From: Squalus acanthias
Lineage: Eukaryota
NCBI GenBank assembly: GCA_030390025.1
Contig: CM059432.1
Coordinates: 62,684,001-62,748,000 of the forward strand
Length of the DNA stretch: 64,000 bases
Direction of reading: 5' to 3'
In this document: positions 24,181-36,800 of the stretch, one piece after another
How positions within the stretch are numbered: the stretch's first letter is position 1
Layout: every line of letters starts with the position of its first letter
The notes under the pieces: model-generated
The model's input: only the letters and a program-made list of their open reading frames with translations
Database searches by the model: none
What the model was told of the DNA's origin: nothing
Program-made: the position numbers and the translations under genes

Positions 24181-26390
24181 AAGCTTCCCCTTAAATGCAT
24201 TGATACTATTCGCCTCAACTACTCCCTGTGGTAGTGAATTCCACATTCTCACCAGTCTCTGGGTAAAGAAGTTTCTTCTGAATTCCCTATTTGATTTCTT
24301 GGTGACTATCTTATACTGATGACCTCTAGTTTTGCTCTTCCCCACAAGTGAAAGCATCCTCTCTATGTCTGCTCTATCAAAACCTTTCATAATTTTAAAG
24401 AACTCTATTAGGCCTTCTCTTTTCAAGAGAAAAGAGATCTAGCCTGTTCATCCTATCCTGATAGGTAGAACCTCGCAGTTCTGGTATCATCCTTGTAAAT
24501 CTTTTTTGCACCCTTTCCAGTGTCTCTATATCCGTTTTATAATATGGCGATCAGAATTGTACAAAATACTCCAAGTGTATTCGATACAAGTTTAGCATAA
24601 CTTCTCTACTTTTCAATTCTATCCCTCTCGTGCTTGGTTTGCTTTTTTATGGCTTTGTTAACCTGTGTCGCTACTTTTAGTGATTTATGCATCTGTACTC
24701 CCAGTCCCTTTGCTCCTCTACCCCATTTAGATTCTTATTTTCCAAGTAATATGTGACCACCTTATTTGAAAATGTAGTACCTCACACTTTTATATGTTGA
24801 AATTAATTTGCCAATTAGATGCCTATTCTGCAAGTTTATTAATGTCATCATGTAATTTGTTGCAGTTCTCCTCAGTATTGACTATCCCCCTCAATTTGGT
24901 GACGTCTGCAAATTTAGAAATGATGTTTTTGATTCTAAAGTCTAAGGGGGAAAAATTCAGTCGCGCCCCGTTTGGGGCGCAAATATCGTCCGGGCGCAAA
25001 AATTAGCGCCTGGCGCTAATTATCGCCACTGACTGGAAACTTCACTTTTATCGACCCCTGAGGTGATTGGAGCGCTAAATCAGGCGCTTCACACCTGTCT
25101 TAAGGCGCAAAGGCCGAGGAGCGAGGCGCTAACTCAGAGCACTGGCGAAGCTCATGTGATGTTAGTCAGCAATGGAACACACACTCAATGGCACCGGCCA
25201 GTTCTTAAAGGGGATGGTTGATCTTGCTTTCCATCCACATTCTGCTCATTGCAGCCTTGAATCCCGGCCTGGAGAGACCTGCACATCAAATCTGCTGGAA
25301 AGAACAATGGAGAGTACCAGGGAAAGAGCTTAGAGTGCAGCCCCAACAGTCTCTTCTAAATCGATACAAGGAATGGCAAATCAAAATGAACCTGCAAAGT
25401 GCTGCTCAGTACCCAAAACTCCTTCACACAACGTTGAATCTCTCCAGATGTCTCTCTCTCTCTCTCTCAGAATGCGTAGTTCAAAAATGGCACCAACAGT
25501 AAAAGGCAGGAAGCGGTCACCTTTAAATAGCGCTCCCCCAGTCCCTTCATGACTGCAGAACGCTCCCCTCAACCTGTCATTGCTAGCGTCAGGCGGTAAG
25601 GCAGGGGGCGCCACTCAATATCCGCTCCGGGGCGATACCGGGGCGTTGCACACTCGACTGACGTCACGATCTGCCGGCGCAGGAGATCGTGGCGGTAGTG
25701 TTTAGCGCCGCCGCAAAATGTCTAGTTAAGTTCGCGAGCGGCGTAAACATCGCTGCGCCCGGGCGCTAGCTGCTTTGCGCCCCATTAGCGCCCTCTTAAG
25801 GCGCTAACGGGAGGCGCAACCAACTGAATTTTTCCCCCTAAATCATTAATATAAATTGTGAACAACAGTGGTCCTAGCACTGATCCTTGTGGGACCCCAC
25901 TTCCCACTTTCTGCCACTCTGAATAGCTACCCTTTACCCCTACTCTCTGCTTTCTGTCTTGCAGCCAGCTAGCTATACATTCTGCTACTTGTCCCCTGAC
26001 TCCGCATGCTCTGACCTTATTCATTAGTTTATTATGTGGTACCTTATTGAAGGCCTTTTGGAAATCTAGATATATTACATGTTCTACATTACCCTTGTCT
26101 ACTCTCTCTGTTACCTCCTCAATGAATTCAATGAGGTTAGTCAAGCAAGACTTTCCCTTTGAAATCCAAACTGACTATTCCTTATTATATTTTCTGGTTT
26201 ATAGGTGTTCTTCTGTTTTCTCCTTTAGTAGGAATTCCATTATATTTCCTACCACCGATGTTAAGCTGACTAGTCTATAGTTCCCTGGACATGTTCGATC
26301 TCCTTTCTTAAATATAGGTATAATGTTAACTATCCACCAGTTCTCTGGCACTGCACCTTTTTCTAACGAATTATTAAATATGTGATATGT
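24181..26390 (-). mobile_element. CR1 fragment hosting the MITE at 24946-25838
   Basis: ORFs 24034..24426, 25785..26144 and 26199..26402 carry CR1 RT motifs. Confidence 0.88.
24946..25838 (-). mobile_element. Non-autonomous Harbinger element (MITE, 893 bp) related to 19811-23952
   Basis: Perfect TIR GGGGGAAAAATTCAGT; TAA TSD at 24943-45 and 25839-41. One terminal ~135 bp is nearly identical to the autonomous left end. Inserted in a CR1. Confidence 0.93.
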
Positions 26391-26419
26391 AAGTAAAAGC
26401 ATCTTTAATTCAAAGCTTG

Positions 26420-27190
26420 CGGAGCTTGACAGGGTAGACGTAGAGAGGATGTTTCCCCTGGCTAGGGAGTTTAGAACCAGGGGTCACAGTCTCAGTATAA
26501 GGGGTCGGCCATTTAGGACTGAGATGAGGAGAGATTTCTTCACTCAGAGGGTGGTGAATCTTTGGAATTATCTACCTCAGAGGGCTGTGGAGACTCAGTC
26601 GTTGAGTATATTCTAGATAGAGATCGATAGATTTTTGGATATTAAGGAAATCAAGGGATATAGGGATAGTGCAGGAAAGTGGAGATGAGGTAGAAGATCA
26701 GCCATGATCTTATTGAATGGCAGAGCAGGCTCGAGGGGCCAAATGGCCTACTCTTGCTCCTATTTCTTATGTTCTTATGTTACGTTCAAAGGTTCACTAG
26801 ATTGATCCCTGACATGAGAGAGTTGTCCTATGAGGAGAGATTGAGTAGCTTGGGCCTATACTCTCTGGAGTTTAGAAGAATGAGAGGTGATCTCATTGAA
26901 ACATATCAGATTCTGAGCAGGATTGACAGGGTAAATGCTGAGAGGTTGTTTCCCCTGGCTGGGGATTCTAGAACTAAGGGTTATAGTCTCAGGGTAAGGG
27001 GTCAGCCATTTAGGACTGAGATGAAGAGAAATTTCTTCACTGAGCGGGTTGGGAATCTTTAGATTTCTCTACCCCAGAGGGCTGTGGAGGCTCAGTTGTT
27101 GAGTATATTCAAGACAGAGATTGATAGATTTTTGAATATTAAGGGTTCAAGGGATATGAGGGTAGTGCAGGAAAGTGAAATGAGGTAGAA
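26420..27190 (+). mobile_element. Two tandem CR1 3' fragments (about 26420-26780 and 26783-27190)
   Basis: Repeated FRTEMxRxFFT segments; (ttcttatg)n tail at about 26765. Confidence 0.85.
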
Positions 27191-27194
27191 GAAG

Positions 27195-28385
27195 GGGAAA
27201 CATCCTCCCTGCATCTACTCTGTCAAGCTCTGTAAGAATCTTGTATGTTTCAATGAGATCACCTCTCATTCTTCTAAAATCTAGAGAATATAGGCCTAGT
27301 CTACTCAATCTCTCCTCATAGGACAATCCCCCATCCCAGGAACCAGTCTGATGAACCTTCGTTACATTCCCTCGATGGCAAGTATATCCTTCCTTAGGTA
27401 AGGAGGCCAAAACTGCACACAATACTCCAGGCGTTGTCTCACCAGGGCCCTATATAATTGCAGTAAGACGTCTTTACTCTTATACTCAAATCCTCTTGTA
27501 ATAAAGGCCAACATACCATTTGCTTTCCTAATTGCTTGCTGTACCTGCATGTTAACTTTCAGTGATTCATGTACAAGGACACCCAGGTCCCTCTGAACAC
27601 CAACATTTCCCAATCTCTCACTATTTAAAAAATACTCTGCTTTTCTATTTTTCCTACCAAAGTGGATAACATCACATTTCTCCAGATTATATTCCACTTG
27701 CCATGTTCTTGCCCACTCACTTAGCCTGTCTATATCCCCTTGAAGCCTCCTTGCATCCTCCTCACAATTTACATTCCCACCCAGCATTGTATCATCAGCA
27801 AACTTGGATATATTACATTTGGTCCCCTCATCCAAATTATTGATGTAGATTGTGAATAGCTGAGGCCCAAGTACTGATCCTTGCGGTACCCCACTAGTTA
27901 TAGTGTGCCAATCCGAAAATGACCTGTTTATTCCTACTCTCTGTTATCTGCCCATTAATCAACCCTCAATCTGTGCTAGTATATTACCCCCCAATCCCAT
28001 GAGCCCTAATTTTGTTTCATAACCTCTTGTGTGGCACCTTATCGAATGCCTTCTGAAAATCCAAATGCACCACATCCACTGGTTCCCCCTTATCTATTCT
28101 GCTAGTTACAACCCCAAAAAACTCTAACAGATTTGTCAAACATGATTTCCCTTTCATAAATCCATGTTGACACTGCCCAATCCTATTATTATTTTCGAAG
28201 TGCCCTGTTACCACGTCCTTAATAATAGATTCTAGCATTTTCCCTACTACTGTTGTCAGGCTAACTGGTCTGTAGTTCCCCGTTTTCTCTCTCCCTCCTT
28301 TCTTAAATAGTCAGGTTACATTTGCTATGTTCCAATCCATGGGAACCGTTCTAGAATCTATGGAATTTGGGAAAATGGCAACCAA
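27195..28385 (-). mobile_element. CR1 RT fragment
   Basis: ORFs 27147..27422, 27362..27835 and 28017..28238. Confidence 0.9.
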
Positions 28386-28756
28386 TGCCCTACTCCTGCT
28401 CCTATTTCTTGTGTTCTGAGCAGCTGTTCCCACTGGGTATCCAGCTTGCTGCTGTGAGGACTGGGAGTAAAGGGGTGCCCATGGTTGCAACAGTGAAGGG
28501 GGACGTTTACTCTGCGTCTAACTTATAATGCACCTGAAATGGGAATGTTTGGTGCTAATCTTCCATTTGGCATTCGTGACATCCTTTCAATTTGGTGAGA
28601 ACAATAAACAAAGAAACTCTGATGAAAGGTCTACATCAGAAACATTAACATATCTTTTCTCTTTTCAGATGTTATGTATTTCAATCATTTGCTGCTTTTA
28701 TTAACTACTTCCAATTGTTGAGTTCTCAATTATGCTTTCATTTGTTTTGGGACTAG

Positions 28757-28850
28757 GCTGGAACTTTTTAGAATCTTGGAAAATGAAATGCTTTTCGAAA
28801 CCTGGAATGAAGAGAGCTACAAACAATGTGCTCAGCTGAACTACCATGAG
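28757..28850 (+). CDS. CLC-family gene, internal exon (end of CBS1 and linker)
   Basis: Acceptor tttcatttgttttgggactAG, donor GAG|GTGAGG; 94 bp, phase 2 to 0, exactly bridging its neighbours. Translates (R)LELFRILENEMLFETWNEESYKQCAQLNYHE. Confidence 0.8.
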
Positions 28851-30804
28851 GTGAGGATTACCTGCAGTGATCAGTGGAAGTGATAACATGCATCTCCTCC
28901 AGTGCCTGTTTGTCTCATGAACTCAAATTATAGGTACCTTAATCCCAGTGACCTTATCCACAGTAACTATTACTTTGTCCTTGATTTTAACTCTGGGCGT
29001 GTTTTGGGTGGGTGGGAAGCAGTGTGAGTTGGAAACTCACTCACTGCTCCAGAAATGAGGCCTGTGTTATTTTAACTCCTGAGCCTCATTTAAATCTTGC
29101 CGGCCAACTTCCCACTTGTTCCAGGCAGGAAGCGACAGAAAATCACATAGCCCAAATGCTACCCGCTGACACCCGGTGGGTGGCGGGATCAGCTTCCAGG
29201 GCCATCTTTCAGGGTTCACCTGGGCGTTTGGGAAGTGGGGTGGGAGGGAGATTCCGCAGCAGGAGAGGCCTAAACTGTAACACTTTTCCAGTTTTGTAGA
29301 TGTGATGGGTGGCATAACAATAGGTGTGGGCCGTACGCCTTTGGTGCTGCCATACATCCCTGGCAGCCCTTCTCTGTCATTGCCCTGCACCAAGTCAAGT
29401 GCTTGGGAAGGATGGAAAACAATTGTCATTCTCATGAGCTTCCTAAAAGAGAAATCCAGCTCCCATCTGAACCCCAGCATCTCAGGTGAGAACTTGGCTC
29501 AGCTGCAAGGTACTTTTCATAAGGACAATGGGATGCACGAAGACTACAATTTGCTACACTAGTCCCTTAATGAGCAATTATGCAAGAACCAACAAAGGTA
29601 ACAAGGGTAGTACATGCCTTAAGTGACACATGTGTGTCACCTCATTGTGGAAACCGATGAGAAGTGAGTGTAACTGTGCACTCTGCACTGCCGGCCACTA
29701 TTGCACATCTGCTGCTGGTGTGAAGGTGTCTGCTGATAGCAATTTCTGGGCTATTGCATTGAAAGGCTACAGCCCCTTAAAAATTAAGCATGTTTTCAAT
29801 AGCAATTGAATTCATATGCTGCAGGATAAATTACTGGGTCTGTAAGCCATAACTATATTCTTAAATGGCTTTACAGTTGCATTGAACTGTGACTTACACC
29901 ACATTTTTTTTATTACACTGACCTAAATGGCTAGAAGAATATGAGCCAGGATGGTTATCATTAAGTGCAGTGTGTAGCCCAACACAAGAGAGTTATTTAT
30001 TAAATCTGTACACATGAACTACAGGAAACATGATAGCAATACTTGGGCGTTAGATCCATTCCCTCACTAATATTACCTAATAGATACCTTATGTATTTTG
30101 TATTTGAATGTGCATTCTGATTTTTGTTCAATTATCAATGCTCATATTCAAACAATTCATATGCAGATACTGGGGCCAAAAATCTGCGTAGTTGATGGTG
30201 CTGCAGTAACGCCCACAGGTCAGGACTTCTGCCCACTGGTGATTTGCACTATGACCCTGCCAGAATTCGCAGGGTCAGCTCATTTAAATATTGAATAGTG
30301 GGCCAAGAGTGTATCCCTTGTGCAACATGGCAGTGAATTACTGGGGGGAGGGGAGGAAACTTGTTGCTGCAGGATTTAAAAGCCTGAGTGAACCTACAGA
30401 TCACATAAAGCAGCACATTTATTGTCACTTTCGAGGGATCTGTGTTGCAAAAACATTTGGAACCATGTTTCAGCAAAGATGGTGAAGTTCTTAACTTGAC
30501 ACATATTTTAAGATTTTAGGATTTCTTTACCCAGTTCTTGTTCCCAGTGAAGTGGAATCTGCCATTTTTTGTTAGTGTACGAGAGGCTCATGCATGAGAA
30601 CTGCTGGAGTGTAAAATGGAAAGGATAACAGGCAGAGTAGACCAGCCATTCTCCAGTGCTAACTGTCAATTAAGAACAGGGCCATTATTAGGAAGCAAAT
30701 GTGAGCCCTCTCCCAATATTTCCATAGACATAGAAAATACTCATTGATCTGTGGAAACAATAGTTCACTTGTGTGTTTCCACAGCCAGATACCTATTTAT
30801 ATTT

Positions 30805-32209
30805 AATATAAAAACAGAAAATGCTGGAAATACTCAGCAGGTCAGGCAGCATCTGTAGAGAGAGAAACAGTTAACATTTCGGGTCGATAACCCTTCGTCA
30901 GAACTGGAAAAAGTTAGAGATGTAACAGATTTTTAAGCAAGTGCAGGGGCAGGGAAAGGGGGGAGGGGAGGAAAGAACAAAAGGGAAGGTCTGTGATAGG
31001 TTGGAAGGCAGCAGAGATTAAAAGACAAAAGGGATGATGGTGCAAGGCAAAAGGAGATGGTAATGGGACAAGTTAAGAAACAAAAGATGACTCTAGATGC
31101 GGTGTAAATGGCAATGGCAGAATCATCAACAGCTGCCATGTGAGAGAAAAAAAAAATAGAAAAAAAAAATAGGGTCAGAGGTTATGGTCTGAAATTGTTG
31201 AACTCGATGTTGAGTCCAGAAGGCTGTAAAGTGCCTAATCGAAAGATGAGGTGCTGTTCCTCGAGCTTACGTTGAGCTTCGTTGGAACAGTGTAAGAGGC
31301 CGAGGATGGAGAGGTCAGAGTGGGAGTGGAGTGGAAAATTAAAGTGACAGGTGACCGGAAGCTCGGGGCCACGCTTACGGACTGAATGGAGGTGTTCTGC
31401 AAAGCGGTCACCCAATCTGCGTTTGGTCTCCCCAATGTAGAGGAGACCACATCGTGAGCAGCGAATACAGTGTACTAAATTGCAAGAAGTACAAGTAAAT
31501 CGCTGTTTCACCTGGAAGGAGTGTTTAGGGCCAGTGGGAAGGGAGGAGGTAAAAGGGCAGTTGTTGCATCTCCTGCGCTTGCACAGGAAGGTGCCATGGA
31601 AAGGGGAAGGGGTGTTGGGGGTGATAGAGGAGTGGACTAGGGTGTTGCGGAGGGAGCGGTCCCTTCAGAATGCTGAAAGGGGAGGGGAGGGAAGGGGAAG
31701 ATATGTTTGGTGGTGGGATCATGCTGGAGGTGGCAGAAATGGCGGAGGATGATCCGTTGAATGTGGAGGCTGGTGGGGTGAAAGGTGAGGACAAGGGGAA
31801 CCCTATCGTGGTTCTGGGAGGGAGGGGAAGGGGTGAGAGCAGAAGTGCAGGAAATAGAACAGACACGGTCAAGGGCCATGGCAACCACGGTAGAGGGGAA
31901 TCCTCGGTTGAGGAAAAAGGAAGACATATCGGAAGCACTAGTATGGAAGGTGGCATCGTCAGAGCAGATGCGGCGGAGACGGAGAAACTGGGAGAATGGA
32001 ATAGAGTCCTTACAGGAAGTGGGGTGGGAGGAAGTGTAGTCCAGGTAGCTGTGGGAGTCAGTGGGCTTATAGTGAATGTTTGTCAATAGCCTATCCCCAG
32101 AAATGGAGACAGAGAAGTCGAGGAGGGAAGGGAAGAGTCGGAGATGGACCATGTGAAAGTGAGGGAAGGGTGGAAATTGGAAGCAAAGTGAATGAAATGT
32201 TCTAGTTCT
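30805..32209 (-). mobile_element. Penelope-like element, 5'-truncated (RT C-terminus, GIY-YIG endonuclease, terminal repeat)
   Basis: YKPTDSHSYLDYTSSHPTSCKDSIPFSQFLRLRRICS and CSRCGLLYIGETKRRLGDRFAEHL...QPSGLNIEF; candidate TSD tttatattt. Confidence 0.9.
30868..30906 (-). ncRNA. Minimal type I hammerhead ribozyme motif in the Penelope terminal repeat
   Basis: Minus strand: CAGUU-CUGACGA-A-GGGU uaucg ACCC-GAA-AUGU-U-AACUG; 5-bp stem I, 4-bp stem II, stem III reduced to AUGU (ACGU in the other copy). Confidence 0.7.
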
Positions 32210-33123
32210 TTTATATTTGATTTTTAAGCTGTTTTATAACCATTTGCTAGCTTGCATATTTGGCTTTATATACACCTAGAATTTCAGAGGCTCTGAACTG
32301 CCCACAATTCAGCACCAGCCCACAATAATTCATCCTAGAGCTTTTAGTTATGAATTATCTTTAAGTTGTGTAGTTGCATTGAAATAAATGAGGAAGCAGC
32401 ACTATTGCCCTGTGCTGCTGGGCCTACCGAATTCATTGCCACAGCTAAGAATAGCACTGCCAATTCCATGCACCGACCAGGAGTCAAAGAGAGGATAGCA
32501 TCAGACCAAGGATGAAAAGTAATGTAGGGGACTACAGAATTTCTAACAGAAGAGTCAAGCTAGTTTTAAACACAGTGCAAGTATGTGTAGCATCATGCGA
32601 GGGGCAGGAGACTAGCTGTTGAGGGCAGGAGGGTGGCACTGGGCCTGGGGCAGGTAGGGTGGAGCAACAAAATTACTTTGATATATTGAAGTAAAATTCA
32701 ATACAATTTTGAACCAAGGGAGTAGGAGGTATTCAACATATCAAAGTTCAATATGTCAAAATTCCACTGTCTGTGTAACTGGTATAATTAAATACATTAT
32801 TATTACAAAAAAATTACATATACAGCACAGAAACAGGCCATTCGGCCTAACTAGTCTGTGCTGGTGTTTATACTCCACACGGGTCTCCTCCCATTCCATC
32901 TACCTCATCTCGCCTTTCAGCATATCTTTCTATTCCCTTTTCTTTCATGTACTCTTCTAGTTTCCTTTTGAAAGCATCTAAGTTTGCCTCAACTACTTCC
33001 TGTGGTCGTGAGTTCCACATTCTAACCACTCTCTGAGTAAAGACATTTTTCTTTATTTCCCTATTGGATTTATTAGCAACTATCGTGTATTTATGGTCCC
33101 TAGTTTTGGATTCTTCCACAAGT

Positions 33124-33436
33124 CACAGAATCACAGAATCCCCACAGTGCAGATAGAGGCCATTTCGGCCCATCGAGCCTGCACCGACACATATCCCACC
33201 CTATCCCCGTAACCCCACGTATTTAATCCCCCCTAACACTAAGGGTCAATTTATCATAGCCAAATCAACCTAACCAGCACATCTTTTGACTGTGGGAGGA
33301 AACCGGAGCACCCGGAGGAAACCCACGCAGACATGGGGAGAATGTGCAAACTCCACACAGACAGTCACCCGTGGCCGGATTCGAACCCGGGTCCCTGGCG
33401 CTGTGAGGCAACAGTGTTAACCACTATGCCACCGTG
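33124..33436 (-). mobile_element. HE1-type V-SINE, full length
   Basis: A box TGGCATAGTGG, B box GGTTCGAATCC, V domain gagtttgcacattctcccc...gtttcctccgggtgctccggtttcctccc, CR1-type tail ending (attctgtg)n. Inserted in a CR1. Confidence 0.9.
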
Positions 33437-34587
33437 GAAACATTCACTCCACATTTGCCCTGTCCAACCTATTCATAATTTTAAAGATCTCTATCAGGTC
33501 ACCTCTAAGTCTTCTCTTTTCTAAAGAAAAAAGCCCCAACCTTTTCAATCTTTCCCAATAGCTGTAATCTCTCAGTTCTGGTGCCATCCTTGTAAATCTT
33601 TTTTGCACTCACTCCAGTCCTTTTTGTAGCATGGAGACCAGAACTGTGCACAGTACTGCAAGTGCAGCCTGATCAGAGTCCTATACAAGTTTAACATAAC
33701 TTCACTACTTTTGAATTCTATACCCCTGGAAATAAATTCCAGTTCTTTGTTAGCATTTTTAATTGCTTTGCTGACCTGCAATGTGGCTTTTAATGATTTG
33801 TTCACCTGTATCCCTAGATCCCTTTGCTCTTCTACCCCATTCAGTTTCTTATTTTCTAAGGTGTAGGTAGTGTTTCTACTTTTCCTACCAAAGCACACCA
33901 CCTTACATTTATCTATGTTAAAGTTCATTTGCCACTTAACTGCCCAATCTACAAGTTTTCTAATGTCTTTTCGTATTATGTTGCATTCTTCCTCAGTGTT
34001 AGCTAAACCCCCCAGTTTGGTATCATCTGCAAATTTTGATATTGAGTTACTTGTTTCTAAGTCCAAATTATTAATGTAAATTATGAATAACCGTGGTCCC
34101 ACCATTGATCCTTGTGGAACGCTATCTTCCTTCAATTTGAATAACTACCTTTTATCCCTATTCTCGGCTTTCTATTCTCTTTTGTAGCCAATTTGCTATC
34201 TATTCAGCTATTTGTCCCTGACTCCACATGCCCTAAGCTTTGTCATGAGCCTACCGTACGGTACCTTATCGAAGACCTTTTGAAAATCCAAGTATATGAC
34301 ATCTACTACATTACCCTTGTCTACTTTTTCATTCCCTCTTCAAAGAATTCTATCAGGTTAATTAAGCATGACTTAGCCTTTCGGAATCCATGCTGACTAA
34401 TTTTTATTATATTTTCTGTCTCTAGATGCTCTTCTATCATTTCTTTCAGTATAGATTCCAGTATCTTTCCTATCACCGATGTTAAGCTGACTGGTCTATA
34501 GTTCCCAGGTTTTGTGCCATCTCCCTTTTTGTACAGTATATAGAAACAACATTAGTTTTCTGCCAGTCCTCTGGCACTACCCCCTCA

Positions 34588-34623
34588 TATATATATATAT
34601 ATATATATATCTATATATATATA
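34588..34623. repeat. (TA)n microsatellite
   Basis: atatatatatatatatatatatatctatatatatata. Confidence 0.9.
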
Positions 34624-35202
34624 AATAAACTAGTGCCTCTGCTATCTCCTCCCTCTTCTCCTTGAATGTGCGTGGATGCATACCATCCAGACCTGGGGTT
34701 TTATCCTCTTTTAGTTTTGCTAGTTTGTCAATTATTTTCTCCCTTTCTATCCCAACTGTATTAATGTTCTTTTTAAGCTCATCCTCTAGTGAAGTATCTA
34801 TTTCGTTATCTTCTTTAGTAAAAACTGAGGCAAAGTAGCTATTCAATACTTCTACCATTTCTCTACCATGGCCTGTGAGTTTATCTTGCTCATCCCTACT
34901 TTAATTTTCCTTTTGCTATTTATGTGTCTATAAAACACTATTATTTCTTTTTAAAGTTCTTGCTAATTTGATTTTTGTAATTTCTCTTTGCTTCCTGATG
35001 GTTTTTATAAACTTCTCTCTTAAGTCCTTTGTATTCCCTTTTGTCCTTCTCTCCTTTAGTATCTAACTACTTCTTATGTATTTTTCTTTAGATTAAATTT
35101 TCTCTTTAGTTCTTTATTCATCCACAGTGCCCCATAATTAGCTTGCTTATTTTTGGCTTTTAGTGCAATACATTTCTCTTGAACTCTATTGATTACCCCT
35201 TT

Positions 35203-35776
35203 ACAACAACAACTTGCATTTATATAGCACCTTTAATGTAGTAAAATGTCCCAAGGCACTTCACAGGAGCGTTAACAAACAAAACTTGACACCGAGCCAC
35301 ATAAAGAGCTATTAGAACAGGTGACCAAAAGCTTGGTCAAAGAGGTAGGTTTTAAGGAGCGTCTTAAAAGAAGAGAGAAAGGTAGAGAGGAAGAGAGATT
35401 TAAGGAGGGAATTCCAGATTGTATGGCCTAGGCAGCTGAGAGCACGACTGCCAATGGTCGAACGAATAAAATAGGGGATGCGCAAGAGGCCAGAATTGGA
35501 GGAGCGCAGAGATCTTGGAGGGTTGTTGGGCTGGAGGAAGTTACAGTGATAGAGAGGGGGGAGGCCATGGAGAGATTTGAAAACAAGGACAAGAATTTTA
35601 AAATTGAGGCGTTGCCAGACCGAGAGCTAATGTAGGTCAGCGAGCACAGAAGTGATGGTGAACAGGACTTGGTGCGAGTTAGGATACGGGCATCAGAGTT
35701 TTGGATGAGCTCAAGTTTATGGAGGGTGGAAGATGGGAGGCCGGCCAGGAGAGTGTTGGAATAGTCAAGTCTAGAG
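35203..35776 (-). mobile_element. L2 LINE 3' fragment
   Basis: acaacaacaacttgcatttatatagcacc tail; collinear with the 62884 copy. Confidence 0.85.
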
Positions 35777-36256
35777 TGAGTTTAAAGATTTCCTATTGTT
35801 TTTCTGTCTCTTTGTTTTTCAAGATTTTCTCCCAGTTTACCTTCTTTAGTTCCACCCTCATTTCCTCATAATTTTCTCTTTTCCAATTTATTACCTTAGT
35901 CTTTGCCCAACTTATGTCACTCTCGATCCTAATCTTGAACCTTACTATGTTGTGATCACTACTACTAAGATGCTCTGCTACTCTTACTTCTCCTATCTGT
36001 TTGGGTTCATTACCCATTACAAGATCCAGCAGTGATTCTTTTCTTGTTGGACTTCTTACATACTGAGTGAGAAAGGAGTCCTGTATACACTGTAAAAACT
36101 CAATTCCCTTTTCTCCTTTCGTTACTTCTTCCTGCCAATTTATTTGGAGGTAGTTAAACTCTCCCATGATTCTTATTCTATGCCTGCTACTCACCGAGTA
36201 GATTTGCCTACATATTTCTTCCTTCAATTCCCTTTCCACTATTTGGTGGTCTATAG

Positions 36257-36800
36257 CAGGGGTTCTCACTCTCAAGGGGGTCCGGGGTCTGCAAGAAGAT
36301 TTCAAGGGGTCTGCCAGAGAATGGCTAGTTTCTCGGGGGGGGGGGGGGGGGGGGGGGGGGAGGGGGGATGCCTATCTGGGGAGGGAAGGCCATGGCTGGG
36401 GGCAGGCCCTTGGTCAGGTTGAGGCACCAATTGCAGGGGAGGTTGCAGTCGGACGGGGACGTAGCAGCTCAGCGGCCTGTGGGACAGTGTCAGGTAGATG
36501 CAGGCTGGGTGTGGGGGGAGGGGGCAGTGGACAGTGCGAGCTTGGCTGGGTTGCGAGGGTCTCTGGCTGCCCCGGGGCGGTTGACTGGCTTCATTGCTCT
36601 GGGCGCTGGTTACCGAGTGTAGGCCCTAGCCCCCCTGGCCCAGGCTCTGTAATCCCCTGACACCGTTATCGGGAGGCTGCACTCAGCTGTGCAGCCGCTC
36701 CTTGGCCTGTCTGGAGATGCCAGGCCCGCAGCGTTTCCAGAACCTTCTGCTGTCATTAAAGCCCAGTAACTGAATGTATGACTGGAATTCAGAAACGGCC
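36257..36800 (+). mobile_element. Possible hAT/Charlie-type non-autonomous element end
   Basis: Abrupt switch from CR1 to CAGGGGTTCTCAC..., resembling Charlie-type termini; GC-rich with a long G run. Partner TIR not found. Confidence 0.4.

Larger units (their letters stand above)
32815..36255 (-). mobile_element. Older long CR1 (endonuclease to 3' end), interrupted by a SINE and an L2
   Basis: ORFs 32868..33119, 33572..34135, 34577..34858 and 35793..36305 (MGEFN, LDLV, SDHN). Confidence 0.88.
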
